Shown piece by piece: positions 1 to 10,032 of a stretch of 64,000 nt of DNA. Under the pieces are notes generated by a model. That model ran no database searches. It was not told the origin of the DNA and was given only the letters and a program-made list of their open reading frames with translations. Each line of letters starts with the position of its first letter. The first letter of the stretch is position 1. The translations under genes were made by a program, and so were the position numbers. This DNA is from an uncultured bacterium (lineage in GTDB: Bacteria; Bacillota_I; Bacilli_A; RFN20; CAG-826), in contig CASGAD010000011.1 in assembly GCA_949299335.1 (NCBI GenBank), positions 29,162 through 93,161 of the forward strand, given 5' to 3'.

Positions 1-1106
1 GTATAATTTTAACAAGTTTAGCGTGCATAACTGCAGTGTTTGGACTTGCTTCTTGTAACGATGGCGGAGGTGGAGACCCGGCTATTTATAACATCACTTA
101 TGAAGAAAATGATAATTACAGAGTTATTGATTTTGATAGTCAAGGACAAGAAGGAAGCAATATCCTATTTGATGTAGAGTCAACTAGTGTGTTTTATGAG
201 ATTGGTGAAGTCACTTACAACGGAACACCTATTAGCAGAGGTGCTTTAGGTTATCAGTTTATAATGCCTGGCGAAGATGTTGTTATTAAAATAGAACTAG
301 AGCCAATCACTGAATATGATGATCCAAATGATTATTTAAGTTGGAGTAGTAGTGTAATTGATGAAATATCGATGGCTAGTGAAGAAGATAAAGGCTATCA
401 GTATCTAGATTGCGTTCAAAATCTAACCTTGGATTTCGATATGGCTGAATTTGGATCATACAATAGTGTCGACGAAAACAACACAGAAGTTCTATCTTCC
501 AATCAAGACGTCATACCTAATAGTGCCATTAGTTTTGACCCTATAAAGGAAAGCGATTTGATTGGTTCAAGCGGTTCTAATATGGTTCGTGGTGGTTCAA
601 TAAGAGTTGACTTAAAGCAAATCAATCCAGGGACAGCAACAATCTATGCTCATTTGTCTTTCAACAATGCTGATGATGCAACTCTAATGAGAACATTCAC
701 GGTTACTGAATATGGAAAAGTTGAAGTTGAAACTTGGAATGTACCATATACTGTCATTAATGAAACTAGCTATGATGATTTAGAGAATATTCAAATCTCT
801 ATTACTGATCAAGATTACGTTTACGGGAGCAACGCACCACAATATCAAGGCTGTTCTCTCGATGAATTAGTAGATGGGAAAGGAACGCTAGTATTTGCTG
901 TTGGCCATTCTTATTCTGTAAGAGCTAATTATGCTGTTTGGAATGAAGAAGACCAAAAATATGAAACCATGGTTGCTCTTGATGTATATGATTGGACAGG
1001 ACAAGGCTCTAGTACAAGCGGATTTAATCAAATTAAGAATTGTATTTTAACATTAGCTAGTCTTCCTACTGATACTAATCCAATTCAAATTACAATTGAT
1101 AATTAA
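1..1106 (+). CDS. Lipoprotein, 5'-partial; the reading frame is open to the window edge
   Basis: The frame of the listed ORF (36..1106) continues without stops back to position 3 and encodes ..IILTSLACITAVFGLASC-NDGGGG, i.e. signal-peptide hydrophobic core plus lipobox (L-A-S-C). No in-frame ATG lies before 36, so the start is upstream of the window. No recognisable catalytic motif in the body. Confidence 0.6.
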   Translation, partial: IILTSLACITAVFGLASCNDGGGGDPAIYNITYEENDNYRVIDFDSQGQEGSNILFDVESTSVFYEIGEVTYNGTPISRGALGYQFIMPGEDVVIKIELEPITEYDDPNDYLSWSSSVIDEISMASEEDKGYQYLDCVQNLTLDFDMAEFGSYNSVDENNTEVLSSNQDVIPNSAISFDPIKESDLIGSSGSNMVRGGSIRVDLKQINPGTATIYAHLSFNNADDATLMRTFTVTEYGKVEVETWNVPYTVINETSYDDLENIQISITDQDYVYGSNAPQYQGCSLDELVDGKGTLVFAVGHSYSVRANYAVWNEEDQKYETMVALDVYDWTGQGSSTSGFNQIKNCILTLASLPTDTNPIQITIDN

Positions 1107-1134
1107 ACTATAGGCAATAGCTTAGATAATTATT

Positions 1135-1163
1135 GAGGTTACTAGTGATGGTAGCCTCTTTTC
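1135..1163 (+). terminator. Rho-independent terminator after the partial lipoprotein gene
   Basis: GAGGTTAC-tagtgatg-GTAGCCTC hairpin (one G.T wobble) followed by TTTTC. Confidence 0.55.
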
Positions 1164-1392
1164 TTAATTTGCGATAATTTGGGCTTCTTTGGGCTTATTT
1201 AGGGCTTTAGAAGATTCAACAACCATCCTTTTATTTGTCTTAAAGTTGCCGTTGTTGCCGTTGTAAGGGTGTGCAATGTATCAAAAGCATAGTATGTAGG
1301 CATTCTATATTTATTAAAATAAGCACGATATAATCTTGCTTTTTTAATACAATTAGAAAATTAATTATTGTTTATCAACAAATTATAAGTTG

Positions 1393-2289
1393 TTAATTAT
1401 TTAAGTCTTTAAAGTATTGATTATGTAATAATTCAATTTTTTTTATTTTTTTAGGGAAAAGTTTAAAAAAAGATGAAGTGTGAGTTGAAAGATAATTTCC
1501 ATTTAATGAAGTATCTTCATCTATTTTAGATAAGTTATATGCTCCGTTAACTTTCCATGATTGAAGCATCCCAATATTAATAGCATCTTTAGGGCAATAA
1601 AAAGAACATCTCATACACATGATGCATTTATTAGAAAATTTAATCTTATCATTTTGAATAGTAATATTATGAGTAGGACATTCATTAATGCATTTATTGC
1701 AATGAATACATTTAGTCATATCTACTTTATAGAAAAAAGAATTAACAGGTCCACCTAAACGTTGAATCTTAAAAATGAATGAATTAAAAGCATAAAAAGG
1801 ATTATATGGTGTTTTTCTTTTGATGTTATGAGCAATTTCATATTCCATAATATCTAATAATTTTTCATTATAGTTAAAAAGTTCTTTAATAAAATTATCA
1901 TCATATCTAAAGTGAATATTGTATGGCATTAAAAAATGATATTCACCAAGTAGCACCCCTTTATTTCGCTTAATTAAGCGAATTAATGAATAACTTGAAG
2001 AATTATTTAATCCAAGTGGCTCCCCACTTTGTTTAGCAATTATATATTTTTTATTTTGAGGCAAAGTCAATTTTTTAATAAACTTCTCAAATAAAATTGG
2101 CATATTAAAGGCATAAATTGGATAAGAAAAAATAATTAAGTCATAATTTTCTAAACTAATTACTTTTGAGTCAACATCAATTGAAAATGTATCAACTTTG
2201 TTATTTTGTTTACTAAAACGTTTTCTTATTTTATTAACCAAGTATCTTGTATTATATGTTCCCGTAAAATAGATAATTAAAATATTCAT
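1393..2289 (-). CDS. Flavodoxin-like domain fused to a 2x[4Fe-4S] ferredoxin domain (EFR1-type flavodoxin/ferredoxin)
   Basis: N-terminal MNILIIYFTGTYNT.. flavodoxin-like start. C-terminal CIHCNKCINECP and CIMCMRCSFYCP are two CxxCxxCxxxCP iron-sulfur cluster motifs. Confidence 0.7.
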   Translation of the reverse strand: MNILIIYFTGTYNTRYLVNKIRKRFSKQNNKVDTFSIDVDSKVISLENYDLIIFSYPIYAFNMPILFEKFIKKLTLPQNKKYIIAKQSGEPLGLNNSSSYSLIRLIKRNKGVLLGEYHFLMPYNIHFRYDDNFIKELFNYNEKLLDIMEYEIAHNIKRKTPYNPFYAFNSFIFKIQRLGGPVNSFFYKVDMTKCIHCNKCINECPTHNITIQNDKIKFSNKCIMCMRCSFYCPKDAINIGMLQSWKVNGAYNLSKIDEDTSLNGNYLSTHTSSFFKLFPKKIKKIELLHNQYFKDLNN

Positions 2290-2404
2290 AGCACTAAAAT
2301 TGTAATAGAAAAGTCATTGTTTATAAATAATATTATGTTTGATTTTAATTTAAATTCTAAAAATTAACTCTTAAAATATTAATAAAGAAAGAAGGAAAAA
2401 ACAT

Positions 2405-3164
2405 ATGTTTAATTTAAAAAAATAGAGTCGTTGTTGTTACAGGCGCATCATCAGGACTTGGAAGACAAATGGCTATTGCCTTTGCCGGGCAAGGTGCTAC
2501 TTTAGTCTTGCTTGCAAGAAGAATTGAAATATCAGAAGATCTTGCTAAAGAGTTAAAAGCGAAGGGTACTAAAGTTTTACCAATTCAATGTGACGTTACT
2601 AAAACTGATGAAGTTAATGCAGCAGCTGCATTAGCTTAAAAAGAATTTGGAAAAGTAGATATTTTAGTAAACTGTGCTGGTAGTGCTAAAAATGCTGGCG
2701 TATTAAATATGACCGATGAAGAGTGGGATTTTACAATGGATGTAGATCTTAAGAGTGTTTTCTTGGTCACTCGTGCGTTTGCAAATATCATGAAAAAGAA
2801 TAATTACGGAAGAATTATTAATATTGCAAGCATGTATGGCTTAGTTGGAAATACTGCCATGGATACAGTTGCTTATCATTCTTCAAAAGGAGGAGTAGTC
2901 AACTTTACTAGAGCAGTTGCTGCCGAACTTGCAAAGTATAACATTACATGTAATGCGATTTGTCCAGGATATTTTGCTACCGAATTAACCATTGATACAT
3001 TAAAAACAGAAGCTTTTACTAACTATATGAAAGCCACTGTCCCATTAGGTAGATATGGAAATGAAGGCGAATTAAATGCTGGAGCTATTTTCCTTGCAAG
3101 TGATGAAGCAAGTTATGTTACTGGCGTAATTTTACCAATTGATGGTGGATATACCTGCATTTAG
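2405..3164 (+). pseudogene. Short-chain dehydrogenase/reductase (SDR, FabG-like), disrupted
   Basis: ATG at 2405 gives MFNLKK then TAG. After an A7 tract (2416-2422) another frame reads KNRVVVVTGASSGLGRQMAIAFAGQGATLVLLARR (TGxxxGxG Rossmann motif) ..AAAALA then an in-frame TAA at 2637-2639, then KEFGKVDILVNCAGS...MYGLVGNTAMDTVAYHSSKGG (YxxxK catalytic motif)...PGYFATEL to 3164. One homopolymer frameshift plus one nonsense codon. Confidence 0.75.
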
Positions 3165-3550
3165 TTGGTCAGTCATCAAAGAAAACTTTAAAGCAAAAGA
3201 AATACTCAAATTTAATGATTTTTGAATACGCTAAAAGAACTAATAAGTGTTATTTAATCATTGCGTAATGAGTCTATTTCTTTAATAGATGGAACGTTTT
3301 CTAAATAAAAATGCATGAAGGAATAATTTAATGCTACCAACTAATGAATAATCAATTCTATTTGAAAATAAAATTAGACTGAATATAAAGTATTTTTACA
3401 TTTATCATTAATTATATAACAAAAAGCATGTCAAACGTTAAAAAACACTTCAAAAACCAATTAAAATGGTTGTTTATTAATATTTGTAAATAAATATATA
3501 TTTAATTAAAATTATTATGTCAGTGTAATAACTGTAAAAAGAGGAAAATT

Positions 3551-4972
3551 ATGAAACAAATATTTAATCCTATTTTACCTACTTATGAATATGTTCCTGA
3601 TCCAGAGCCTCATGTATTCGGGGATAGAATTTATGTGTATGGAAGTCATGATAAGTTTGGAGGTATCTCTTTTTGCTTGAATGACTATATAGTGTATTCT
3701 TGTCCAATAAACGACCTAACTTCATGGAGTGCAAAAGGAATATCGTACAAAAAAAGAGAAGACCCTGAATATAAAGGTGGAATTTTAAATGTAATGTTTG
3801 CTCCCGATTGTACAAAAGGATTAGATGGTAAGTATTATCTTTATTATACATTAGGTTTTAATGGGCATATTTCAGTAGCAGTCAGTGATTTTGCTGATGG
3901 TCCTTTTAAATTTTATGGACATGTTAAATATAACGATGGAATTAAATTAGGTGATAAAAAAGAATTTCTTCAATTTGATCCAGCAATTTTTATTGATGAC
4001 AATAATAAAATTTATCTTTATAGTGGGTATGGTTCAAAGCAAAAGTTTGGGTTAAAAGGAAAGAAGACAACTAATATTGGCGCAATGGTCTATGAGTTAG
4101 ATAAAGATATGCTTACGATTAGGGAAGGGCCTAATTATATTTGTAAAACTATTTTTAATTCAAAAGGGACAGATTTTGAGGGACATGAATTTTTTGAAGC
4201 TTCTTCAATGAGAAAAATAAATAATCTATATTACTTTATTTATTCCTCATATTTGAATCATGAACTATGCTATGCGTATAGTGAATTTCCTAATAAAGAT
4301 TTTAAGTATGGAGGAATACTTGTTTCCAATTGTGATAGTGGCTTAAGCGATAAAAAGAAAAATTATTATGGAAATAACCATGGTAGTTTATTAATTCTTA
4401 ATGACAACTATTATATTTTCTATCATCGTCAAACTAATAAAAATTCATTTTCTAGACAAATGTGTGCCGAAAAAGTTGAATTTGATGGAATACATTTTAA
4501 GCAAGCAGAAATGACTTCCTGTGGATTAAATAACAAACCATTAATAGCAAAAGGTGAATATAAAAGTGCAATAGCTTGTAATCTCTATTCAACAAAGGGA
4601 ACCTTTTTCTATAAAGTCTATCGCCCAATTGCTATAAACCATGCTTATTTTACTCAAAAACACGGTGATAATAGACAAATAGAGAGTCAATATATTAAAA
4701 ATGTTAATAAGAATACTATCATTGGATATAAATACTTCACATCATTAAACGAAGTTAAAAATATCTCTATTAAAATCAAGGGATTTGCCAAAGGAGTTAT
4801 TGAAGTATTGGATGATGAAAACGGCGATGTTTTATCTAAAATTGATATTAAAGTTTTTGGATCATTGAAAGAATTTACTTCTTTATTTTTATCTAAAAAT
4901 GAAACATCTGCTTTATTTTTTAGATTTAAAGGCATAGGAAGATTCTCCTTTTACTCATTTAGATTTTTATAA
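3551..4972 (+). CDS. Glycoside hydrolase, GH43-like five-bladed beta-propeller family (putative)
   Basis: N-terminus NPILPTYEYVPDPEPHVFGDRIYVYGSHD resembles the GH43 NP(I/L)xxGxxPDPxxxxxGDxYY signature containing the catalytic-base Asp. No signal peptide. Confidence 0.5.
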   Translation: MKQIFNPILPTYEYVPDPEPHVFGDRIYVYGSHDKFGGISFCLNDYIVYSCPINDLTSWSAKGISYKKREDPEYKGGILNVMFAPDCTKGLDGKYYLYYTLGFNGHISVAVSDFADGPFKFYGHVKYNDGIKLGDKKEFLQFDPAIFIDDNNKIYLYSGYGSKQKFGLKGKKTTNIGAMVYELDKDMLTIREGPNYICKTIFNSKGTDFEGHEFFEASSMRKINNLYYFIYSSYLNHELCYAYSEFPNKDFKYGGILVSNCDSGLSDKKKNYYGNNHGSLLILNDNYYIFYHRQTNKNSFSRQMCAEKVEFDGIHFKQAEMTSCGLNNKPLIAKGEYKSAIACNLYSTKGTFFYKVYRPIAINHAYFTQKHGDNRQIESQYIKNVNKNTIIGYKYFTSLNEVKNISIKIKGFAKGVIEVLDDENGDVLSKIDIKVFGSLKEFTSLFLSKNETSALFFRFKGIGRFSFYSFRFL

Positions 4973-5055
4973 TTTAAACTTAAAAAACCGAATTTATTCT
5001 ATTCTCAATTTTATTATGCTACTATAAAAATAATCTCTTTTTTGGAGGCATATAT

Positions 5056-7149
5056 ATGGATAATGAAGTTTTATTGATTGGCATAATCATCATTATTATC
5101 ACGTGTATTACGTTACTCTACGTTGGTCTATTATTTTACAAAGTTGGAAAAATAAAGGTAGATAATAAATTGTCTTTAGATATTTCCAAAAGTATAAAAG
5201 AAGGTGCCAACGCTTTTTTAAGTCGTGAATTCAAAGTGATTATTCCTTTTATCGTTGCCTTTGCACTAATCTTATTAGGATTAGGGTTTGTTCCAGCTTT
5301 GGATGGAAAAGCTGAGGGTGTTGGACGGCAATCTGCAATTTGTTTTTTAGTTGGCGGACTCTTTTCTGGCGTGGCCGGTTTAGTGGGTATGAAAGCAGCA
5401 ACAAAAGCAAATGTTAGAACAACTAATGAAGCTGCTAAAGATGGCATGAGCGGTGCTCTAAAAGTTGCTTTTAGTGGTGGATCTATTCTTGGATTAACTG
5501 TTGTGAGTTTAGGCTTACTTGGATTAACAGGATTGTTTTTAATTTTCTTTTACACTTTCGGGTTTGAAAAAGCTGCATCGGTTGTTAGTGGCTATGGATT
5601 AGGGTGCTCAATGATTGCTTTATTTGGCAGAGTTGGTGGAGGTATTTATACTAAAGCCGCTGATGTTGGTGCCGATTTAGTAGGTAAAGTAGAAAGTGGT
5701 ATTCCTGAAGATGATCCAAGAAATCCTGCTGTTATTGCAGATAATGTAGGTGATAATGTAGGCGACATTGCTGGTATGGGCAGTGATTTAACTGAATCTT
5801 ATGTAGGCAGTATTGTTTCTTGTTTAACAATGGGAACCATTTTGATTCAAGAAAATGGAATAGAAAATATTGGATATAAATATCTAATGTTTCCTTTGCT
5901 TATTGCGCTAATTGGAATAGTTGGTTCAGTTTTTGCAGTAATTTTTGTTCGTTTTAAAAAGTGGAAGAATCCACATTTAGCTTTAAATATAGCAACATAT
6001 GTTGCAACTTTTGTTGTATTAGTTACTTCTTTATTCCTTGCTATATTCTATATGAATAATTGGAAATTATTTTTTGCTGTATTAGCAGGGCTTGTTACTG
6101 GAGTATTAATTGGTTTTATAGCTGAATTATATACTTCGAGTGATTACAAAGAAGTTAAATTGATTGCAAAGGAATCCCAGACGGGGCATGCCACAAATAT
6201 TATAGCTGGTATGGGCAGTGGAATGCGTTCAACTGCTTTAACAATTGTAGTACTTGTTTTGGGAATTGTTGTTGCTTTTATTTTTGGCGATAAGTACGGA
6301 ATAGCAGTTGCTGCTGTTTCAATGCTTTCCACAGCTGGAATTACCGTAAGTGTTGACGCTTATGGACCAATTTCTGATAATGCTGGTGGTATTGCAGAAA
6401 TGTCGAAATTAGATGAAAGCGTGAGAGAAATTACTGATACATTGGATTCTGTTGGAAATACAACAGCTGCAATAGGAAAGGGGTTCTGTATTGGCAGCGC
6501 AACTTTAACTGCTTTGGCTTTGATTGTTTCATATACGCAAGTCACTGAAATGGAAGCTCTAAATCTAGAAAATCCAAAATTCATCATTGGTGTATTAATT
6601 GGGGCTATGTTGCCTTATTTATTCTCAGCGTTAACAATTACATCAGTTGGAAAAGCTGCAAATAAAATGATTGATGAAGTAAGGACACAATTTAAAGAGG
6701 ACCCAGGAATTATGGAGGGCACTTCTAAACCTAATTATGCTAGATGTGTTGACATTTCAACTACAGCTGCTTTAAAAGAAATGATTTTGCCAGGTATAAT
6801 TGCTGTTGTTTCTCCAATTGTAATAGGATTTGTGTTTGGAGTAGAAGGACTTGGAGGAGCATTAATTGGTGGATTAGTATCTGCTATTATGCTAGCTGTC
6901 TTTATGGCGAACTCTGGTGGAGCGTGGGATAATGCAAAAAAATATATTGAAAAAGGAAATTTTGGTGGCAAAGGTAGTGAAACACATAAAGCAGCTGTAA
7001 CTGGAGACACTGTTGGTGATCCTTTAAAAGACACTGCTGGACCATCGATGGACATTTTAATTAAATTAATGTCTATAATTGCTTTAATCATTGGTCCTAT
7101 ACTTAAAGTAGTACCAAGTTTACGGGATTTAATACTTAGTGTTTGTTAA
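5056..7149 (+). CDS. hppA: Membrane-bound H+/Na+-translocating pyrophosphatase
   Basis: 697 aa with ~16 TM helices. Diagnostic motifs GGGIYTKAADVGADLVGKVE, DNVGDNVGDIAGMGSDL and AAVTGDTVGDPLKDTAGPSMD. RBS GGAGG 8 nt upstream. Confidence 0.95.
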   Translation: MDNEVLLIGIIIIIITCITLLYVGLLFYKVGKIKVDNKLSLDISKSIKEGANAFLSREFKVIIPFIVAFALILLGLGFVPALDGKAEGVGRQSAICFLVGGLFSGVAGLVGMKAATKANVRTTNEAAKDGMSGALKVAFSGGSILGLTVVSLGLLGLTGLFLIFFYTFGFEKAASVVSGYGLGCSMIALFGRVGGGIYTKAADVGADLVGKVESGIPEDDPRNPAVIADNVGDNVGDIAGMGSDLTESYVGSIVSCLTMGTILIQENGIENIGYKYLMFPLLIALIGIVGSVFAVIFVRFKKWKNPHLALNIATYVATFVVLVTSLFLAIFYMNNWKLFFAVLAGLVTGVLIGFIAELYTSSDYKEVKLIAKESQTGHATNIIAGMGSGMRSTALTIVVLVLGIVVAFIFGDKYGIAVAAVSMLSTAGITVSVDAYGPISDNAGGIAEMSKLDESVREITDTLDSVGNTTAAIGKGFCIGSATLTALALIVSYTQVTEMEALNLENPKFIIGVLIGAMLPYLFSALTITSVGKAANKMIDEVRTQFKEDPGIMEGTSKPNYARCVDISTTAALKEMILPGIIAVVSPIVIGFVFGVEGLGGALIGGLVSAIMLAVFMANSGGAWDNAKKYIEKGNFGGKGSETHKAAVTGDTVGDPLKDTAGPSMDILIKLMSIIALIIGPILKVVPSLRDLILSVC

Positions 7150-7161
7150 TTTAAAATATAA

Positions 7162-7194
7162 AAAGCGATACGAAAAATATCGCTTTTATTTTTG
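7162..7194 (+). terminator. Rho-independent terminator after hppA
   Basis: AAAGCGATA-cgaaaaa-TATCGCTTT hairpin followed by TTATTTTTG. Confidence 0.7.
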
Positions 7195-7201
7195 CCAAAA
7201 A

Positions 7202-7228
7202 TTAGCACTTGCCTATTGACAGTGCTAA
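7202..7228 (+). promoter_or_regulatory. CIRCE element 1 (HrcA operator) overlapping a consensus sigma-70-type promoter
   Basis: TTAGCACTT-gcctattga-CAGTGCTAA versus CIRCE consensus TTAGCACTC-N9-GAGTGCTAA. TTGACA at 7216-7221 and TATAAT at 7238-7243 are separated by 16 nt. Confidence 0.8.
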
Positions 7229-7247
7229 ATTAAACTATATAATATGA

Positions 7248-7274
7248 TTAGCACTTGAGTATTAAGAGTGCTAA
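7248..7274 (+). promoter_or_regulatory. CIRCE element 2 (HrcA operator), near-perfect
   Basis: TTAGCACTT-gagtattaa-GAGTGCTAA, lying between the -10 box and the clpB RBS. Confidence 0.85.
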
Positions 7275-7297
7275 AGATAGTAAAGGAGGGTTTAATT

Positions 7298-9418
7298 ATG
7301 GCATTTAATGGACCTGAAGATTATAGCAAAGATGAAAACATTCTTGAAAAATTTGGCAGAAACATAACTAATGAAGTTAAAAAGAATAAAATAGATCCTG
7401 TTATCGGACGTGATGAGGAAATCAGAAATATCGTTACGGTTTTAGCAAGAAAAACTAAAAATAATGTTATTTTACTCGGCGAACCTGGTGTTGGTAAAAC
7501 AGCAATTTTGGAAGGCTTAGCTCAAAGAATAGTTAAAAATGATGTTCCTTCTACCTTAAAAGATAAGGAAATTTTTGAACTCGATATGGGCGCTTTAGTA
7601 GCTGGAGCAAAATATCAAGGTGAATTTGAGGAAAGACTTAAGGCAGTTTTAAATAAAATAAAAGAATCGAATCATAAAATAATTCTTTTTATTGATGAAA
7701 TTCATTTGATTGTTGGAGCTGGCAGAACTCAAGGAGCGATGGATGCTTCAAATATGCTAAAGCCAATGCTTGCTAGAGGAGATATTGATTGTATTGGCGC
7801 AACTACCTTAAAGGAATATCAAGAGTATATTGAAAAAGATAGGGCACTTGAAAGAAGATTTCAACCTGTAATGGTTGAGGAACCAAGTAAAGAAGATACG
7901 CTTTCTATTTTAAGAGGATTAAAATCTAGATTTGAATCTCATCATGGTGTACATATCACTGATAACGCTTTAGTTGCTGCAGTTAACTATAGCGTAAGAT
8001 ATATAACTAATAGATTTTTGCCTGATAAAGCTATCGATTTGATTGATGAGGCTTGCGCAGAAACAAGAGTTGAAATTGAATCGATGCCTAGTGAATTAGA
8101 TGAAGTAAGTAGAAAAATTAGACAATTGCAAATTGAAAAAATGGCCTTGTCTCAAGAAAAAGATGAACAATCTAAGATAAGATTGTCTAAGTTAGAAGAT
8201 GATTTAAACAATTTAAATCGTGAAGGAGAAGAACTAACTAAACAATGGCAAAAAGAAAAAGGCGAAATTGTTGAAATTAAAAAGATTAAAGAACAATTAG
8301 ACAATGCTAATTTTGAATTACAAAACGCTTTTAATAATGGAGATTTTAAAACAGCAAGTGAATTGCAATATAAAGAAATCCCAGCTTTAAAATCAAAGTT
8401 AGAAATTCTTGAAAAGAGCAACAAAGAACATAGAATTTTAAGTGATGTAATCACTGAAGACAATATTGCTAGTATTGTTTCTAAAATGACTAATATACCA
8501 GTTCAACGAATCACTAAAGGAGAAAAAGAAAGAGTCCTTCATTTAGATGAAACTTTAAAGAAAAGAGTTATTGGCCAAGATAAAGCAATTAAATTAATAA
8601 GCGATGCAATTATAAGACAAAGAGCAGGTATTAATGATCCTCATAGACCTATTGGCTGCTTCTTATTTTTAGGACCAACTGGTGTTGGTAAAACAGAAAT
8701 TGCAAAGGCTCTTGCGGAAGCGTTATTTGATAGTGATCAAAAAATTATCCGTATTGATATGAGTGAATATATGGAAAAATATAGTGTATCAAGACTAGTT
8801 GGCGCCGCACCTGGTTATGTTGGATATGAAGAGGGCGGACAATTAACTGAGCAAGTGAGACACAACCCATATTCAATAGTATTATTTGATGAAATCGAAA
8901 AAGCTGCCCCTGATGTATTGAATTTACTATTACAAGTAATGGATGATGGAAGATTAACAGATGCTCAAGGCAGATTATGTGATTTTAAAAATACAGTTAT
9001 TATTATGACTAGTAATTTAGGATCTCAAGAAATTCTTGATGGTAAAACTGAACTTGTAGAAGAACTTTTGCATCATACATTTAAGCCTGAATTTTTAAAT
9101 AGAATTGATGAAATCGTTACATTTAATTACTTAAATAAGGATGTCCAATACAAAGTAGTTGAAAAAATGTTAAATGATTTAAAATCAAGATTATTGAATG
9201 AATATTATCTAGTAGATTTTACTGATAATGTTAAGACTTATGTTATTGAGAGTTCTTATTCAAGAGAATTTGGCGCTAGACCAATAAAAAGATTTATTCA
9301 ACATAATATCGAAACAGTCATTGCAAAAATGATCATTGATGAAGAAATTTCACCATCTAGGAAATATATTGTTGACTATAATGAAAATGATGGAATAGTA
9401 GTAAAGAAGAGTGAATAG
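7298..9418 (+). CDS. clpB: ClpB-type AAA+ disaggregase lacking the Clp_N domain
   Basis: Two nucleotide-binding domains: GEPGVGKT Walker A plus FIDEIH Walker B, and GPTGVGKTE plus [10 protein letters not shown] long coiled-coil middle domain sits between them. The short form lacking the N-domain is typical of Mollicutes. Start chosen at ATG 7298 (RBS AAGGAGGG), not the listed GTG 7268 that lies inside CIRCE-2. Confidence 0.9.
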   Translation: MAFNGPEDYSKDENILEKFGRNITNEVKKNKIDPVIGRDEEIRNIVTVLARKTKNNVILLGEPGVGKTAILEGLAQRIVKNDVPSTLKDKEIFELDMGALVAGAKYQGEFEERLKAVLNKIKESNHKIILFIDEIHLIVGAGRTQGAMDASNMLKPMLARGDIDCIGATTLKEYQEYIEKDRALERRFQPVMVEEPSKEDTLSILRGLKSRFESHHGVHITDNALVAAVNYSVRYITNRFLPDKAIDLIDEACAETRVEIESMPSELDEVSRKIRQLQIEKMALSQEKDEQSKIRLSKLEDDLNNLNREGEELTKQWQKEKGEIVEIKKIKEQLDNANFELQNAFNNGDFKTASELQYKEIPALKSKLEILEKSNKEHRILSDVITEDNIASIVSKMTNIPVQRITKGEKERVLHLDETLKKRVIGQDKAIKLISDAIIRQRAGINDPHRPIGCFLFLGPTGVGKTEIAKALAEALFDSDQKIIRIDMSEYMEKYSVSRLVGAAPGYVGYEEGGQLTEQVRHNPYSIVLFDEIEKAAPDVLNLLLQVMDDGRLTDAQGRLCDFKNTVIIMTSNLGSQEILDGKTELVEELLHHTFKPEFLNRIDEIVTFNYLNKDVQYKVVEKMLNDLKSRLLNEYYLVDFTDNVKTYVIESSYSREFGARPIKRFIQHNIETVIAKMIIDEEISPSRKYIVDYNENDGIVVKKSE

Positions 9419-9435
9419 CTATTGAAATAGGAAGT

Positions 9436-9461
9436 AAGGAGGTATATCCTCCTTATTTTTT
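9436..9461 (+). terminator. Rho-independent terminator after clpB
   Basis: AAGGAGG-tatat-CCTCCTT hairpin followed by ATTTTTT. Confidence 0.65.
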
Positions 9462-9516
9462 ATTATAAAATCCAATAAAAAATTAGTTATAATCGTATTA
9501 ATAGTGAAGGTGACAT

Positions 9517-10032
9517 ATGGAAGCAAATTTTTCAGATTATATTTTAGAGTTTAAAAAGGGTGAAATGAGTCATTTTGATGTTTTTTATAACGCATTAAAG
9601 GAAAGAATATTTTATAACATTTTTGCTTTGACAAAAAATTATGACATCAGTGAAGACTTGCTCCAAGATACCTTTGTGAAATTTTTAAAAAATATACAAG
9701 AAGTTGATGAAAGTGATAATTTGGTAGGTTTATTGATGGTCATGAGCAGGAATTTGACACTCGATTATTTTAAAAAAAATAATAAATTTTTGCAGCTTGA
9801 TGAAACGATTAATCATCCATCTACTAATGATGAGCATAATTTAGATAAGAATATTATATTAGGAAAAGTAAAGGAAATTTTAAAGCCGAAGGAATTTGAG
9901 ATATTTACTTTGCACGTTCTTAGCGATTTAACTTTTGATGAAATTGCTAAATTAAAAAAGAGGCCATTAGGCACAATCACGTGGGCGTACAAAAACGCTA
10001 TTAAGAAAATAAAGGAGAATATTGTATTATGA
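9517..10032 (+). CDS. ECF-type RNA polymerase sigma factor (sigma-70 regions 2 and 4 only)
   Basis: 171 aa. DLLQDTFVKFLKNI resembles region 2. FEIFTLHVLSDLTFDEIAKLKKRPLGTITWAYKNAIKKIK is a region-4 helix-turn-helix. Confidence 0.7.
   Translation: MEANFSDYILEFKKGEMSHFDVFYNALKERIFYNIFALTKNYDISEDLLQDTFVKFLKNIQEVDESDNLVGLLMVMSRNLTLDYFKKNNKFLQLDETINHPSTNDEHNLDKNIILGKVKEILKPKEFEIFTLHVLSDLTFDEIAKLKKRPLGTITWAYKNAIKKIKENIVL

Noticed and set aside
1181-1268. Short GC-richer direct repeats (GGGCTTCTTTGGGCTTATTTAGGGCTTT; GTTGCCGTTGTTGCCGTT) in the gap between convergent genes
   Set aside because: They are too short and isolated to call a repeat family or CRISPR. They are likely terminator-region stems or random.
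1561-1758. Short antisense or embedded ORFs, e.g. 1561-1758, 3579-3851, 4687-4935, 5136-5447, 6144-6332, 6360-6587, 6735-7091, 8152-8463, 9813-10070, 12279-12527, 16195-16434, 24415-24609, 25613-25906, 28056-28274, 29058-29363, 30283-30468, 34817-35002, 35570-35773, 41045-41311, 43398-43679, 43982-44305, 46127-46369, 47539-47823, 52077-52259, 52998-53216, 53367-53558, 55557-55778, 58064-58246, 59484-59705, 60584-61033
   Set aside because: All lie inside or antisense to well-supported longer genes, have low-complexity composition typical of AT-rich off-frame translation, and lack RBS or context.
7268-7297. Upstream GTG start listed for clpB
   Set aside because: It lies inside CIRCE-2 and lacks an RBS. 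ATG 7298 has a canonical AAGGAGGG at -7.
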